A stretch of DNA of 64,000 nt from Octopus sinensis (Eukaryota): contig NC_043012.1 in the NCBI RefSeq assembly GCF_006345805.1, positions 57,536,001 to 57,600,000 of the forward strand. The letters run 5' to 3'. The stretch's first letter is position 1, and each line of letters opens with the position of its first letter. The notes under the pieces were generated by a model. That model saw only the letters and a list, made by a program, of their open reading frames with translations, had not been told where the DNA came from and searched no databases. Both the position numbers and the translations under genes were made by a program. This document shows, piece by piece, positions 40,015-53,427 of the stretch.

Positions 40015-40203
40015 CTAAGGGTGCCGACGCACCTACATTGCTAGAAATAACAGTCAAAATACTCTTAATGCTGTAGTAAAAGCGCAGGTATATATATATA
40101 GGGGATCCAACCGCCCGTGTCAGTATGTATCTGCCCTCTTCCTACAGCATTACGAGTGTTTTAACTCTTATATCTAGCAAGGTAGATGCGTCGGCATCCC
40201 TAG
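40015..40203. mobile_element. Hairpin MITE with ~65-bp imperfect TIRs
   Basis: CTAAGGGTGCCGACGCACCTAC..AATGCTGTAG versus CTACAGCATT..GTAGATGCGTCGGCATCCCTAG. Confidence 0.7.
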
Positions 40204-40251
40204 ACAGTGACGATTGAATTTTTCCTTTATGGTATCACATTGCGCTTAGCT

Positions 40252-40287
<36 letters not shown>

Positions 40288-40451
40288 TTCTTCCCTACCA
40301 AGAATTCACAACGACCTCGAACCCACAAGTGTGAACAAGAGAGACAGAGCAAGGCAGAAACAAGGAAAATGCTACTTATATTTGAACACTATACAAATAT
40401 TCCTTTAAAAAAACATTTCTTTTAATTTTTCTAAATTTAATTATTTAATCG

Positions 40452-40495
40452 TTACAGTTGAAAAGGTCTCAAAATGACTGAAACCGGTACTGAAA
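40452..40495 (+). ncRNA. Degenerate minimal type I hammerhead ribozyme
   Basis: TTACAG-TTGAAAA-GGTC(TCAAAAT)GACT-GAAA-CCGGTA-CTGAAA. Stems intact, core carries two substitutions. Confidence 0.5.
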
Positions 40496-40569
40496 TGTTC
40501 TTTATAAAATTATTTTAGCATTTTCTATTTTGACTTATTTTTTCATATATATATATCTATATATATATA

Positions 40570-40600
<31 letters not shown>

Positions 40601-41476
40601 CATACATACATACGTGGTCTCTGCCTCTGTCTCTCTCATATATGCTTATATATGCTAAATTTAATAATATCTGTGTGAGAGCGTGTACGTATTAACTACA
40701 AATCGGTGCATTCCAACAAGAACGCATTATTCCGCTCGAGTTGTACAGCCATTCTCCTCTAATTCTAGCAGTCTTACAAACAGTGTACCACTTATTTCAC
40801 TGCTGGAAACTTATAAGCAACGACATTATTGTACACAGAACCAGCGAATATAAATATAAATAGTTTACAACTATTTGGTGCCTCTTTTAATTCAGTGCGC
40901 CCCATCGTCGTCACCATCTTCATTTCTAAGATTCCAAACCCTCTCCGTCTTCCCTTCTCCCCCCATCAAATTACAGACTGCATAATTTGCCGTCTACTTG
41001 CCGTCTACTTTAACTGCCATCTTTAATTGGGACCGGAAGTGCCTTCTTGATGCACTCATATGTCATCGTTTGAAGCTCAATGGACGAACCATGTGAATAA
41101 AAAATAATGACAAATATTGCTAACACACACACACACACGTATATATATATATAGTATATGTGTTCTTATATATAATTTTTAATCATCACTTTATTTAGAA
41201 ACTTCAAAACATTTATCAGTCAACTCATTTTGTTAGTCTACATTGCTGCTTTCTTTCATTTTTTTCTCTTACGTTCCTTTTTCTTTAGTTATACGTACGT
41301 TTCTCTCTCTTTCCCCCTCCCTCTCTCCCTTTTCTGTCTGTCCCTATATGTTTGTGTACATGAATATGTGAATGTATGTGCCAGTAAATCGATCGATCAC
41401 TCAATCAATCTATCTCTCTGCCTGCGTAACTGTCTCTCTGTCTACGAATAAACTCATACAAAAATACACACATCTC

Positions 41477-41518
<42 letters not shown>

Positions 41519-41729
41519 TACACAAATATACATTTCCACGTAAGTGGATCGAACCCATACCTCATGCTTGCGAAGTGAATTTCTTAACCACTCGGCCATA
41601 CCTGACATACAGGAATCTAGAAAGAAATAATTTAATAAGGTCATTAAATATAAGTCATTTAATTGTTATTTTCTACAGTGCTCCATTATTATTCATAGTC
41701 TTAAATTCAAGTTAAATTCAATGTCAGAG

Positions 41730-41801
<72 letters not shown>

Positions 41802-42095
41802 ACACACACACACTACATACATATATACGACAGTCTTCTTCCAGTTTCCATCTACCAAATCTACTCACAAGGCTTTGGTTGGTCCGAGGCTACAGTAGAA
41901 AACACTTACCCAAAGTGCCACGCCGTGAGACTGAACCCAGGACCATATGGTTGGTAAGCAAGCTAGTTAGGACACGCTTATATATATATATATATTATAT
42001 ATAATATATATATTATATATATATGTAATTATTTATGTATGTATGTATGTATGTATGTATGTAGTTATGTATGTGTGTGTGTGTGTGTGTAGCGA

Positions 42096-42317
42096 CCCAA
42101 GGACGATAAAATTAAATATAACAAAACTTGGTCCATCGTTAGGCTCGTAAAACCATATAATATTTTTTCTAAGAGATGCCGACTCTGCTCCGAGGAATCC
42201 TTGTCTATTCTGTGGACCAATGAGAAGATCATTAATAGAATTTCTGAAAGACTACCAAGATGCTTACATACATATAAATACACTTTCGTACAATGCAGTG
42301 GGAATATATTTGAGTAA
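42096..42317 (+). pseudogene. PLE C-terminal (GIY-YIG region) fragment
   Basis: KYNKTWSIVRLVKPYNIFSKRCRLCSEESLSIL..INRISERLPRCLHTYKY resembles the WxI..PY..KRCxLCxxE..NxxSE..CxH tail of invertebrate PLEs (recalled motif, not searched). Confidence 0.55.
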
Positions 42318-42943
42318 GTGTTAACGTAATCCACGTTAAGGTATGGATGAATTAAATTTAGCTTTAACCCCACATTCTTATAAACACCAAGTAGCTATTT
42401 AACTCTCTATGTGAACGCATGTGCGCCAATCCAGAAGTGCGTGTATATTTACATCTTCGTGGCTGTTTGTATGAGCGAGTATACATGCGTCATACAAACT
42501 ACGCGAGGGCGTTTATAAATCCATATCCGTTAACGGTTTTATTGAATACTTTTTTCGCTGCATTGCGTGTTGGTTTCTTTTTTGCATTTGTTATTTTATT
42601 ATTGATCTTCTCTTTAAGTGAAGCTATATCCTTTAATGTGCTGCTTTTCTTCACAAGAACGAAGATACATTGCGGAACTGTTGTTTTAACGTGTTATTTT
42701 AACGAGTTCTATCTGTTTATCACCCGAAAAGACACGTCTGCACAGTTGGATGCTCCTGAACCTGTTAAGTATCCCACCCGTGAGGGATCGATGGTAGATG
42801 TGTCGAAACAAGTGTGGGGATTAATAAAAACTCACGTATCTTCCATCTTCCGTCTCTTATTAACCATATGTATAATAATAATAATAATAATAATATTATT
42901 TCTATATGTTATATATTAGAACAAATAGTAAAAGGTTGTCATT

Positions 42944-43002
42944 ATAGTACTCTGAGTTTCGAATGCCGGAGCTAAGAACTACATTACATTCTCGTCGGCT
43001 AT
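42944..43002 (-). ncRNA. Type I hammerhead ribozyme, near-canonical
   Basis: ATAG-CCGACGA-GAATG(21 nt)CATTC-GAAA-CTCAGAG-TA-CTAT. One core change (U4C). Confidence 0.6.
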
Positions 43003-43595
43003 TAATGTCAACAAACGCTACGAAAAACCGTTAAATATAAGAGAAGTAACTCTAATAAGTGGAAAAAGAAAAAGATAAAAAATATATAAAATATACATGT
43101 AAAAACATGCACAACCATATTCTCACAATACATAAACATAAACTTGCTGCTTTCACACTGGCGCCTCCAAAATTGAGTAGTCTCAATGTTAATGGCGCGA
43201 TACGATATTTTATATCATTGACTGACGAGGAAAAGTCAGCTGCAAATATTTCGTGTACCTTGTCTGTCTTTATTCCTTGTCCGTTAAGTTTTCGTCTAGT
43301 TTTTCGTTTGCGCTGCTTTCGTCTAACTTTTTCTCCTTGTTGTGTTCTTTCTGTTCAGACCTTGATAAATCCATGTAGTTCAACACACCCCCTATTTGTT
43401 TACTTTATTGTAAAAAAAAATTCCTTGAATATCTATTGTGCGACTCTTAACTCTCTCTACTCTTACTCTGTCTTCTTCTCCGCTCTTACACTCTTTTCCC
43501 GCCCTTGCCCGCCTCCCTTGTTCGTACCTTTTCTTTTCTTCTCTCTCTGTCTCCTTTTCTTTCTGTTCTCTCTCTCCCTCTGTCCCTCTGTTTCC

Positions 43596-43900
43596 CTCTT
43601 ACTCTATCTCTTTAACCACTCTTACCCTCTCTTTCCACCCATGCTTGCCTCCCTTGTACCTTTCTCTTCTCTCTCTTTTACTCTGTTTCTCCAACCCCTC
43701 TACTCCTTCGTTCTCTCTCTCTCTGTCTCTCTGCTACTTTATCTCTTCTATCTCTATCCACCTTTACTCTTACTCTATCTCTTTCATTACTCTTACCCTC
43801 TCTTTCCACCCATGCTTGCCTCCCTTGTACCTTTCTCTTCTCTCTCTTTTACTCTGTTTCTCCAATCCCTCTACTCCTTCGTTCTCTCTCTCTCTGTCTT
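43596..43900. repeat. 171-bp tandem duplication in CT-rich tract
   Basis: Units start at 43596 and 43767. Confidence 0.85.
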
Positions 43901-44180
43901 CCATTCTTTCCCTCTCTCAATATACCCTCTTCCCTTCCACGTAACCGGCATCCGGTTAAGGCGGTGTTGTTCATTTTCGCCCTCCCTATGATCAGACTGG
44001 CCATACTGGTCTGGGCTCTCGCTACGTCCATTACATTATATACATCCGTTCGATGTGTCTAGTAAATTTGTTTGAACTTTCCCTCAGTCACGTAGCGTTT
44101 GTGAATAGCATCGAGGTGTGCTTTAGCGGAGATAAATTCAAATTCCTATATGATGGCTCCTACTTTACAACAAACATTTA

Positions 44181-44586
44181 GCAGGAGTGGCTGTGTGGTA
44201 AGTAGCTTGCTAACCAACCACATGGTTCCGGGTTCAGTCCCACTGCGTGGCATCTTGGGCAAGTGTCTTCTGCTATAGCCCCGGGCCGACCAATGCCTTG
44301 TGAGTGGATTTGGTAGACGGAAACTGAAAGAAGCCTGTCGTATATATGTATATATATGTGTTTGTTTGTGTGTCTGTGTTTGTTCCCGTAGCATTGCTTG
44401 ACAACCGATGCTGGTGTGTTTACGTCCCCGTCACTTAGCGGTTCGGCAAAAAAGAGACCGATAGAATAAGTACTGGGCTTACAAAGAATAAGTCCCGGGG
44501 TCGATTTTCTCGACTAAAGGCGGTGCTCCAGCATGGCCGCAGTCAAATGACTGAAACAAGTGAAAGAGTAAAAGAGTAAAAGAGAG
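44181..44586 (+). mobile_element. Full-length SINE-B
   Basis: Family motifs, near consensus. Confidence 0.95.
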
Positions 44587-44855
44587 AGTATGCATATACT
44601 ACAAGTTAGCGTAACTTCATTTGTGAGTTGTATCAGATATAATATTTTGCATATTGGTGGTGCGACTCTAATCTAATATTTGTTGTGTTGTATGACAATG
44701 GTATTGAAGCTAGAAAGTTACCCGCCGGGGACAAGTTGTTTATGGAAGACCAGCAGTCGCCCATGCATAGCAGCCTCCTCTCCACGCCACCGATGTTATC
44801 CAAGGGAAAGGGAAAGGCTGATACAGCTTGGCACCAGTGACGTCGCAGCTCATTT

Positions 44856-45166
44856 ATTAACGTGCAAGTGGCTGAGCACTCCACTGACACGTGTACCCTT
44901 AACGTAGTTCTAAAGGAAAATTCAGTGTGACACAGAGTGTGACAAGGCTGGTCCTTCGAAATACAGGTTCAACAGAAACAGGAAGAAAGAGTGAGAGAAA
45001 GTTGTGGTGATAGAGTACAGCAGGGTTCACCCCACCCCATGCTGTAGGAACCTCGTGGAGCTTTAGATGTTTTCGTTCAATAAATACTCACAATGCCCGG
45101 CCTGGGAATTGAAACCGCGTTCCTACGACCGCGAGTCCACTGCTCTAACCACTGGAGCATTGAGCG
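44856..45166 (-). mobile_element. SINE-C
   Basis: Reverse complement of head and body. Confidence 0.85.
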
Positions 45167-45449
45167 TGTCTTTTAAATAATTTTCTGTATTTATATTTAG
45201 TGGGGAAGTGTTTATTGTGTAGAGTCAAGAAAATTTGGGCTGTATTAGATTTAACCTCTTGCCTGTCCTGCGTGTCACTTGTAAAACAGAGGAAACATTT
45301 CTCTAGCGCTTATGTATCATATATGATACACATTTCCAATTTTTCCAACCACCAGAGTAAGCTGGACTTATGAAAAGAAAGCTTTATGTTACTCAGAACG
45401 TATGGAATAAGGGTTAGATAAAAATCTGCAAATGAGCATGCGTGCTTAG

Positions 45450-45529
45450 GACAAATTTATGAAAATGCTTTGGACAGGCAAAGGGTTAACATTTTGTATG
45501 AAGATTCAGTTTTTTACTTTGAAGAAGAC
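45450..45529 (+). CDS. Weaker candidate exon (phase 1->0), (G)QIYENALDRQRVNILYEDSVFYFEED
   Basis: TTAG acceptor with poor pyrimidine tract and GTAAGA donor. Phase-compatible with 33954-34053. Confidence 0.3.
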
Positions 45530-46102
45530 GTAAGACCAAGAGTCGAGGAAGATTTTCCAATAAATTCCTTAACTTGACATTATTCTAGGAAGAGACTATC
45601 TTATCTAAGATTGCCTTGCTTGAGAACCAACTGAGAATTTTTCTAATAATATCAGCAATAGTTTTTTTCTAGAACACTGTGTGGGCTGGCATGAATCTAC
45701 GTTCATAATATAAGTGAATTTTTAAGTAGGTCCATTAAATAGTTTTATGCAAGTTAGCGCTCAGGTTTAAGGTAATATTACGGAAGTTAACTGTAGATAA
45801 ATTTGTAGTTATTGCTTATAATAGGCCGGAAGTAATGAATGCATGGATAATGTCCTTCATTAATGTGTTTAATGTGTGTGTTCGTTTGTGTTTTTGTACG
45901 ATACGAAATTTATTGGAATAAATTTCTTAGTACATTTAGTATATTTAGAATGCAAAAGAAATGATATAACATCGCGTTTTGGTACGACCCAGTCTCGAAG
46001 TAAAAGAACAGAATGGACCGGTTTCCTTGACCCAGGCAGAATCTTTGCTGCTTACATACATACATACATACATACTCATATATATGCATACACACATATA
46101 CT

Positions 46103-46347
46103 CTTTCTCTCATTTTCTCTTTTACTTGTTTCAGACATTTGACTGGGGCCATGCTGGAGCACCGCCTTTAGTCGAGAAAACCGACCCCAGGACTTATTCT
46201 TTGTAAGCCTAGTACTTATTTAATCGGTCACTTTTGCCGAAACGCTAAGTTACGGGGACATAAACACACCAGCATCAGTTGTCAAGTGATGTTGGAGGGA
46301 CAAACACAGACATACAAACATATACACACATATACATACATACATAC

Positions 46348-46414
<67 letters not shown>

Positions 46415-46862
46415 CATATATATACGACGGGCTTCTTTCAGTTTCTGTCTACCAAATCCACTCACAAGGCTTTGGTCGGCCCGAGGCTATAGAAGAAGAC
46501 ACTTGCCCAAGATGCTACGCAGTAGGACTGAACCCGGAAACATGTGGTTGGTAAGCAAGCTACTTACCACACAACCACTCCTACGCCATATATATATATT
46601 TTTAATTTACTTATTTTAGTCGTTTGACTACGGTAATGCTGGAGTAACGCCTTGAAGGATTTTAGTTTAAAAATCGATCCTAGGACTTACTTTCTTTTGA
46701 GCTTAGTACGTATTCTATAGGTTTCTTTTGCCGAACCACTAAGTTACGGGGACGTAAGCACATCATCACTTGTTGTTAAGCGGTGGTGAGGGACAAACAC
46801 AGACACAATGACATTCACACACATATACATATTCATATATACACATACATACATACATATAA

Positions 46863-46895
<33 letters not shown>

Positions 46896-47087
46896 GATAT
46901 ATATATATATATAATATATATATATATAATATATATACACGACAGGTTTCTTTCAGTTTCCGTGTATTAAATTCACTCGTCCCGAGGCTATAGTAGAACA
47001 TACTTGCTCAAGGTGCCACGTAGTGGGACTGAACTCGGAACCATGTAGTTCGAAAGCAGCTTCTTACCACACAACCACGCCTGCACC
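46103..47087 (-). mobile_element. Two tandem SINE-B copies
   Basis: Family motifs. Confidence 0.9.
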
Positions 47088-47116
47088 TATACACACATAA
47101 ACACTCACTCACACAC

Positions 47117-47203
<87 letters not shown>

Positions 47204-47294
47204 GTCTATCTGTCTATCTGTCTGTCTGTCTGTCTATCTGTCTGTCTGTCTGTCTGTCTATCTGTCTGTCTGTCTGTCTGTCTATATATGTCTG

Positions 47295-47355
<61 letters not shown>

Positions 47356-48177
47356 GTATTTATATGTGTATGTGTGTATTTACATATGGTGCAATGTTAG
47401 TAACGCAGATATAAGATATAACTACACGCATATATTCGCACAGATACGTACGCGTATGTTGACCTACGTACGTACACAAGCATATACACTCACATCCCTT
47501 ATATCCCTACCAATATCACACTTATACGGATAATATATTTTAAAATGATTTTTCACTCTTTTGTTCGAAAGGGCTGCAATTCATAGCTTACGAAAACGTA
47601 TATAGAAGGGTTCGTGGAAATATGCAGCGTAAGGGAAAAGTTTACATAGGAGTCTTACACAATATAAAGGTCAATGTCTTTTGAGAGTTTTAAGCGTAAA
47701 TAATAATGGCTATTGTTGATGTTATTAATGCCAAAACATCATAGAGTTACGAGCTCCGAAAATCATTTGTTGTGAAGGACAAAAGAATCTTGTAATTCTA
47801 TCGATAACTGAACATTGTTGGAAATCTTAGACTTCCCAACTTTTGAATTTTGACAACTGTTTGTGACAGATACACGATTCTTGAACGCGCAATTGAGACA
47901 TTTTCATTCCGGTTACGATCCTCTTAGACTTTCAATGATTATAACCTTCGAATGAAGATCTTGTTTCATTTCAACACCTGCTCTTTATTTCGGCAATCCT
48001 TCAGTTTTAAGCATTGGTATTTTTAGTTAAACATATTTTGTGGTTTAGAAAATTAATATGAAGTGTTAAATTCTAGCAGCTGTTTCTACTCAGAGACTTT
48101 TTCTCGAATCAAAACCAATGCATTTTTATTCCTTATTAGGACCGTCAGTATTTCAGAATTGAATTTCAACGCTGTTT

Positions 48178-48380
48178 AAGGCGGCGAGCTGGCAGAATCG
48201 TTAGCACTTCGGACAAAATGCTTAGCGGCATTTCGCCTGTCTTTACGTTCTGAGTTCAAGTTCCGTCGAGGTCGACATTGTCTTTTCTCCTTTCGATGTC
48301 AATAAAATAAATGCCAGTTAATAATGGGGTCCACATAATCGATTTACACCCTTCTCCAAAACTGCTGGCGTTGTGCTAAA
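48178..48380 (+). mobile_element. SINE-A2
   Basis: Family motifs. Confidence 0.85.
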
Positions 48381-48484
48381 ATTTCAACACTGTACTAACT
48401 AGTCTCAGAGGACCTTCGGGAGAGTGATCGGGACAGCACTTCCTTCTAGAGCTGAAAAAAATATATATACATACACACATACTT

Positions 48485-48522
<38 letters not shown>

Positions 48523-48721
48523 TCGAAAAGTTTCTTGCTTTAAGAGTATAGCGAAAGGCCTGGCTGAAGGTTCAAACTTCCGAGTTCTTTTATAGGGCTT
48601 AGAAAAACTGAAGAACTGTTGCGATGTGTGAATCTGAGAGGGGAATATGTTGAATAAATTCATAATTAACTGATCTTCCTGTATTTTTTTACCCAAAGTC
48701 AGAGGCTTTTTAGAAACCTTT

Positions 48722-48764
<43 letters not shown>

Positions 48765-48770
<6 letters not shown>

Positions 48771-49150
48771 TTATCTTTTCCCCCGTTTCAGTCATTAAAC
48801 TGCGGTCATGCTGGGGCATCGCCTTGAAGGACTTTTAGTTGAATCGACCATAGTATTTATTTGTTTTTTGAAGCGTAGTTCTTATTCTATCTCGCCGAAC
48901 CGCTAAATTATTGGGAGGTAAACACACCAACACCGGTTGTGGGGGAAAGAACACGGATACAAAATACACACTTGCAGAGATATATACAACATGCTTCTTT
49001 CAGTTTCCGTCTACCAAATTCACTCAAAAGGCTTTGGTGGGCTCGAGGCTTAGTAGAAGACATTTGTCCAAGGTACCGTACCACTCACTGGTACTGAACC
49101 GAAGACTGTGTGATTGGGAAGCAAACATCTTACCACACAGCCACGGCTTC
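48765..49150 (-). mobile_element. Degenerate SINE-B
   Basis: Family motifs. Confidence 0.75.
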
Positions 49151-49994
49151 GCTTATATGTGTGTGTGTCTTTTATTGAGCATATTTAGCTTCTCAAGAAT
49201 CTCTTTGATATTTCTTAATTGACAGAGTTACCGTGTTTTGTTTAATCCGATTTAGCCCTATGATCCAAAATATTTCAGCTGTAACCATCTTTTGTTTCAG
49301 TTATAGCGTATTATCCAAATATGTTCATCATTCTCTCAAGCCTCTAGGAGATAATTCAAGATAGGTTTGGCTGCTAATTCTAGCAGACCGAGCAACAGCC
49401 AAAAGAGTTGACTCCTCACTGGCATAGAAATTATAAAGTATTTTGATCTGAAAGAAATCCATTTCCGTTTTGATATGGAAATAATACTGGCGTCTTTGTA
49501 GAACTTTCACAGTTCTGCTTTCCTTTTCATTTCCCATTCCAAGACGCCATGCAAAACGAATATGAAATCGTAGAATTGTCTTCATTTATACTTTGAAATA
49601 TATTTTCTTAATACCAGAATCGTTTGCATCTCAGACAAAATACATAACTGCATTTTGTCCGTCTTTAGTTCTGCTTTCAAATTCGGTCGAGGTCGATGCA
49701 ATGAGTACCAGTTGAACACTGGGGTCGATGTGATCGACTTGCTCCTTCCGCCGAATTTGCTGGCCTTGTGCCGAAATTTGAAATCAATATGAAGTAATTG
49801 CCAGCTCGCCGCCAGCCCGCCACCAGCCTGCTTCGTACGTGTTTCTATGACGGAAACATAATGTCGGACCGGTGTATTGGAAGGAAAGATAATTGTGACC
49901 AATTTTTTAAGCGGAAATATTTTAGTAGTGCATAAATATTTGAGGAAGGATTACTCAAGTACTGAAGATGTTAAGCAGGAGCTAGTGACATCTA

Positions 49995-50347
49995 TATTTG
50001 CATACTTCGTCCGGTGTGCTGTGTGCTGGAAAGAATACTCCACAATACAATTGAAAAATTGTACAAGAGGCTTCCAAAAGTATTAGACGCCATCAGAGAA
50101 AGAAGAATTCGCTTTGCTGGGCACTGCTGAAGGAGTAAAAAGGAACTGGTTTGTGGTGACCCACTTTCGTCATATCCTGCACCTTGACATGGTCCGAAGC
50201 GGTCCTAATCGCTTTAGTCTCCCTCAGAATCTATCGATCAGTTACCGGATGACACAAAGAGCAACTGTTGCATTCCACGGAGGATAGAGATGGGTGGAGA
50301 AAGGTCAGGCGAATCCAAGTAAGTTCAACTCGATGATGATGATGATA
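49995..50347 (+). mobile_element. RTE-clade LINE 3' end remnant
   Basis: KLYKRLPKVLDAIRE..RIRFAGHC*RSKKELV..HG..IDQLPDDT..EDRDGWRK (across frameshifts), followed by a (GAT)n tail. Confidence 0.75.
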
Positions 50348-51398
50348 AGTAATCAAAAGCACTTTCATGAAATAGTGCCGCTGTTTTCTTGTTACAATGT
50401 CTTGATTTTCCTGGTTTCAGTAGCGGGAGAGATGTAAATGTAGATCATGTTTTAAACGGCTAAATTATATTTTAACTATTTCTGCAGATTTTAGAAATAA
50501 TTTTGGAATTTGGAAAAATTTATTTCCATCAGCCTTTTATCGGGAGTAATTCTACTTGTTACATTATAATCTTGTAATTTTAAACCCTCTCACGGACCCC
50601 AAAATTCTTTCTGCGGACCTCCTTTCTGGAAGTCCATGAACTATAAGGTTGGTTACCACCGAACTATATGAAAGCTGCTCCATTAAATCTTGCGTGGAAG
50701 GCTTCTAAGCATTGAAACATCCATTCATATAAGATTTTTACGTTTCTAAACATATTCTATTTTGAAATTTCGTCCCAAATAACCTTCTTTTATTCTCTAC
50801 TTCTTCCAATATACCGGTCCAATAAAGCTTTAGAACAATCATCACTATACGATTTTTGCCCTCCTAAAATATTTCAGTTTGAAATTCTGTCCCAAATGTC
50901 TTTCCTTAATTCCCTATTTCTTCCAATATAGCCGTTCAGTATTATTGTTTCCCTGCATAGAAACACGTGCGAAGCATATATAGACATAGAAAATTCGGTG
51001 GAAAATTACTTTGAAGTGTTAGTGCAGTTGTTAATGGATTTTTTCCCCAGCTTTCAAATGATTTTTCTACTTCATTGCAGATTCATATTTTCAATAACCC
51101 ACATAGAATTATTCTTTAAAGAATTCCGCAATAATTAGACTTCCATTGGATTATCTCGGCACCTGCATCAGTGATGCTGAAAGTTGGTGAATGTTAGAAT
51201 TTCGGTAGGTTTCGAATCGAGGCTTACTTACTTTCAATGCTGTTGGTATTTCGTTGCAATATATGTTCTAAATATGGTTTCTTGGAGTACGAACGGATTC
51301 TAAAGGAGCCTCTCTTTGTGTTTTTCGTTCTCTCATTCTAAAACGGTCATTCATTTCTTCACCTACACACATACATCCACACACATTTTCGTATACTC

Positions 51399-51474
<76 letters not shown>

Positions 51475-51477
51475 GTC

Positions 51478-51700
51478 TTTTTTTTATTACCCACAAGGGG
51501 CTAAACATAGAGGGAACAAACAAGGACAGACAAACGGATTAAGTTGATTACATCGACCCCAGTGCGTAACTGGTACTTAATTTATCGACCCCGAAAGGAT
51601 GAAAGGCAAAGTCGAACTCGGCGGAATTTGAACACAGAACGTAACGGCAGACGAAATATGGCTACGCATTTCGCCCGGCATGCTAACGTTTTCTGCCAGC
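51478..51700 (-). mobile_element. SINE-A1 within (TCTA)n
   Basis: Family motifs. Confidence 0.9.
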
Positions 51701-51721
51701 CGCACACATTTTCATATACTC

Positions 51722-51819
<98 letters not shown>

Positions 51820-53020
51820 GCCTGCCTGCCTGCCTGTCTGTCTGTCTAAACACAAACATATCACTATACACACACACGCGCGCACATATTCGAATGGAAC
51901 AAAAACGCACTAGAGGACAATAAGGCATTCGGATAGACGACACATACACTTGTGCTTACCTTATAGTAGGTATGTATCTTAATTTTGTACGATTCTTTTA
52001 CCCTGTCTTTTAGTCCCCTTCATACATACTTCCTCATTTCTTTTTCTCGCTCCCTCTCTCTCTCTCTCACACACATTTCTTGGCCCTCTTTTTCTCTAAC
52101 TCTCACTTTTCCTCCACGTTTATCTCCCCGGTACCTTTCCCTTTACCTCTTTGATGTTTTTCTAATCTTCAATCCCGCTGCCCCATACCCCTCTCTCCTC
52201 CTTCCACGTGACCGGTGTCCCGCCAACCATAATCTTTCCCTTTCTTTCTCTGACTGCTGGCCGCCAACAATTCTTCTGTCCATCTCCTATGTTCCTGCCT
52301 TAAGGCTTTCACTTCATACACGCCAGATCAATTTGATTCGTTCTCAGTCGAAAGACACCTGTTGTTTTATTCTTGTTGTTTGTGTTTGTAATTGTGTACC
52401 ATGTTATCCGTTTTTTTGTCTTTGTTGCCGTACACATTCGCTAGCTTTCTTACATAGGGTCTAATGCTCTTATCTTAGACTTTTTTGAGGGCAATCATAT
52501 CGAACAATTTTAAGTGTAACTGCCCGAAACTGTAAGGACATCTGGTAACTTGACTGGAGAAAGACGGCCACGAATGACTAGTCATTTTCTTTTCTTGTCC
52601 TTCTAATTGTTGTTTTTCCTGTCCGTCTTTGTGTCGTCTATCTGTCCGAAAGTTTTATTGTCCCCTATTGCGTTTTTGTTCCATTTGTTTATGTTTATAT
52701 ACACATATAGCGGCGTACGTGACATATAGCGGCGTGAGTGATATATATGTGTATGTGTGTGAGTGATTATGTGTGTATGCATGTATATATATGTGTGTGT
52801 GTGTGTGAGTGATTATGTGTGTATTCATGTATATATGTGTGTGTGTGTGAGTGATTATGTGTGTATGCATGTATATATTTGTGTTGTGTTGTGTGTGTGA
52901 GTGTGTGTGTGTTTCATGGCAGTGATAGGTTCAAAAGAACATTGTAAGAATTCAAGAATGTGGAGCCCAAAGCAAAATGTCAGAGAAACAAGATTTTTAG
53001 TCCATGAACGTATGTCCTAC

Positions 53021-53055
<35 letters not shown>

Positions 53056-53066
53056 TTGTGCTCACC

Positions 53067-53097
<31 letters not shown>

Positions 53098-53152
53098 AAA
53101 CTACGAGGAATGTTGTGTAGCTCTGCGTCGGCAAGAATTGAAATAATGTAGA

Positions 53153-53427
53153 AACAAGCGAAAGGGGTAGAGTGAACTTGCCGTGAGGAGTGTAATATTC
53201 AACGTTTCGGATATAATCCTTCGTCAGGGGTAGAGAAAAAGAGAAAATGAAGAAAGACAAACAGAGTTTACATCTCAGTTTGGGTTGCAACCAGTTTTTC
53301 AGGCTGAGAGGATGTAAACTCTATCTTTCTTCAACTTCTCTTTTTTCTCTACCCCGTGACGAAGGATTACATCCGAAACGTTAGATATTCCACTTCTTAC
53401 GGCAAGTTTACTGTACTCCTTTCACTT
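53153..53427. mobile_element. Inverted pair of PLE-type pseudo-LTRs, each with a hammerhead variant
   Basis: ~125-bp imperfect arms. CTGACGA-A-GGAT(TAT)ATCC-GAAACGTT on minus (53201-53227) and GTGACGA-A-GGAT(TAC)ATCC-GAAACGTT on plus (53356-53383). Confidence 0.75.

Noticed and set aside
42175-42313. Exon reading DADSAPRNPCLFCGPMRRSLIEFLKDY with GTAAGT donor
   Set aside because: The overlapping frame fits a PLE C-terminal motif that extends upstream of the putative acceptor. Not fully excluded.
43059-43991. 310-aa ORF
   Set aside because: CT-rich low-complexity sequence with a 171-bp duplication and no domain signal.
49940-50100. Tc1 transposase C-terminus
   Set aside because: Downstream motifs (RIRFAGHC, IDQL, DRDGWR, GAT tail) identify an RTE LINE instead.
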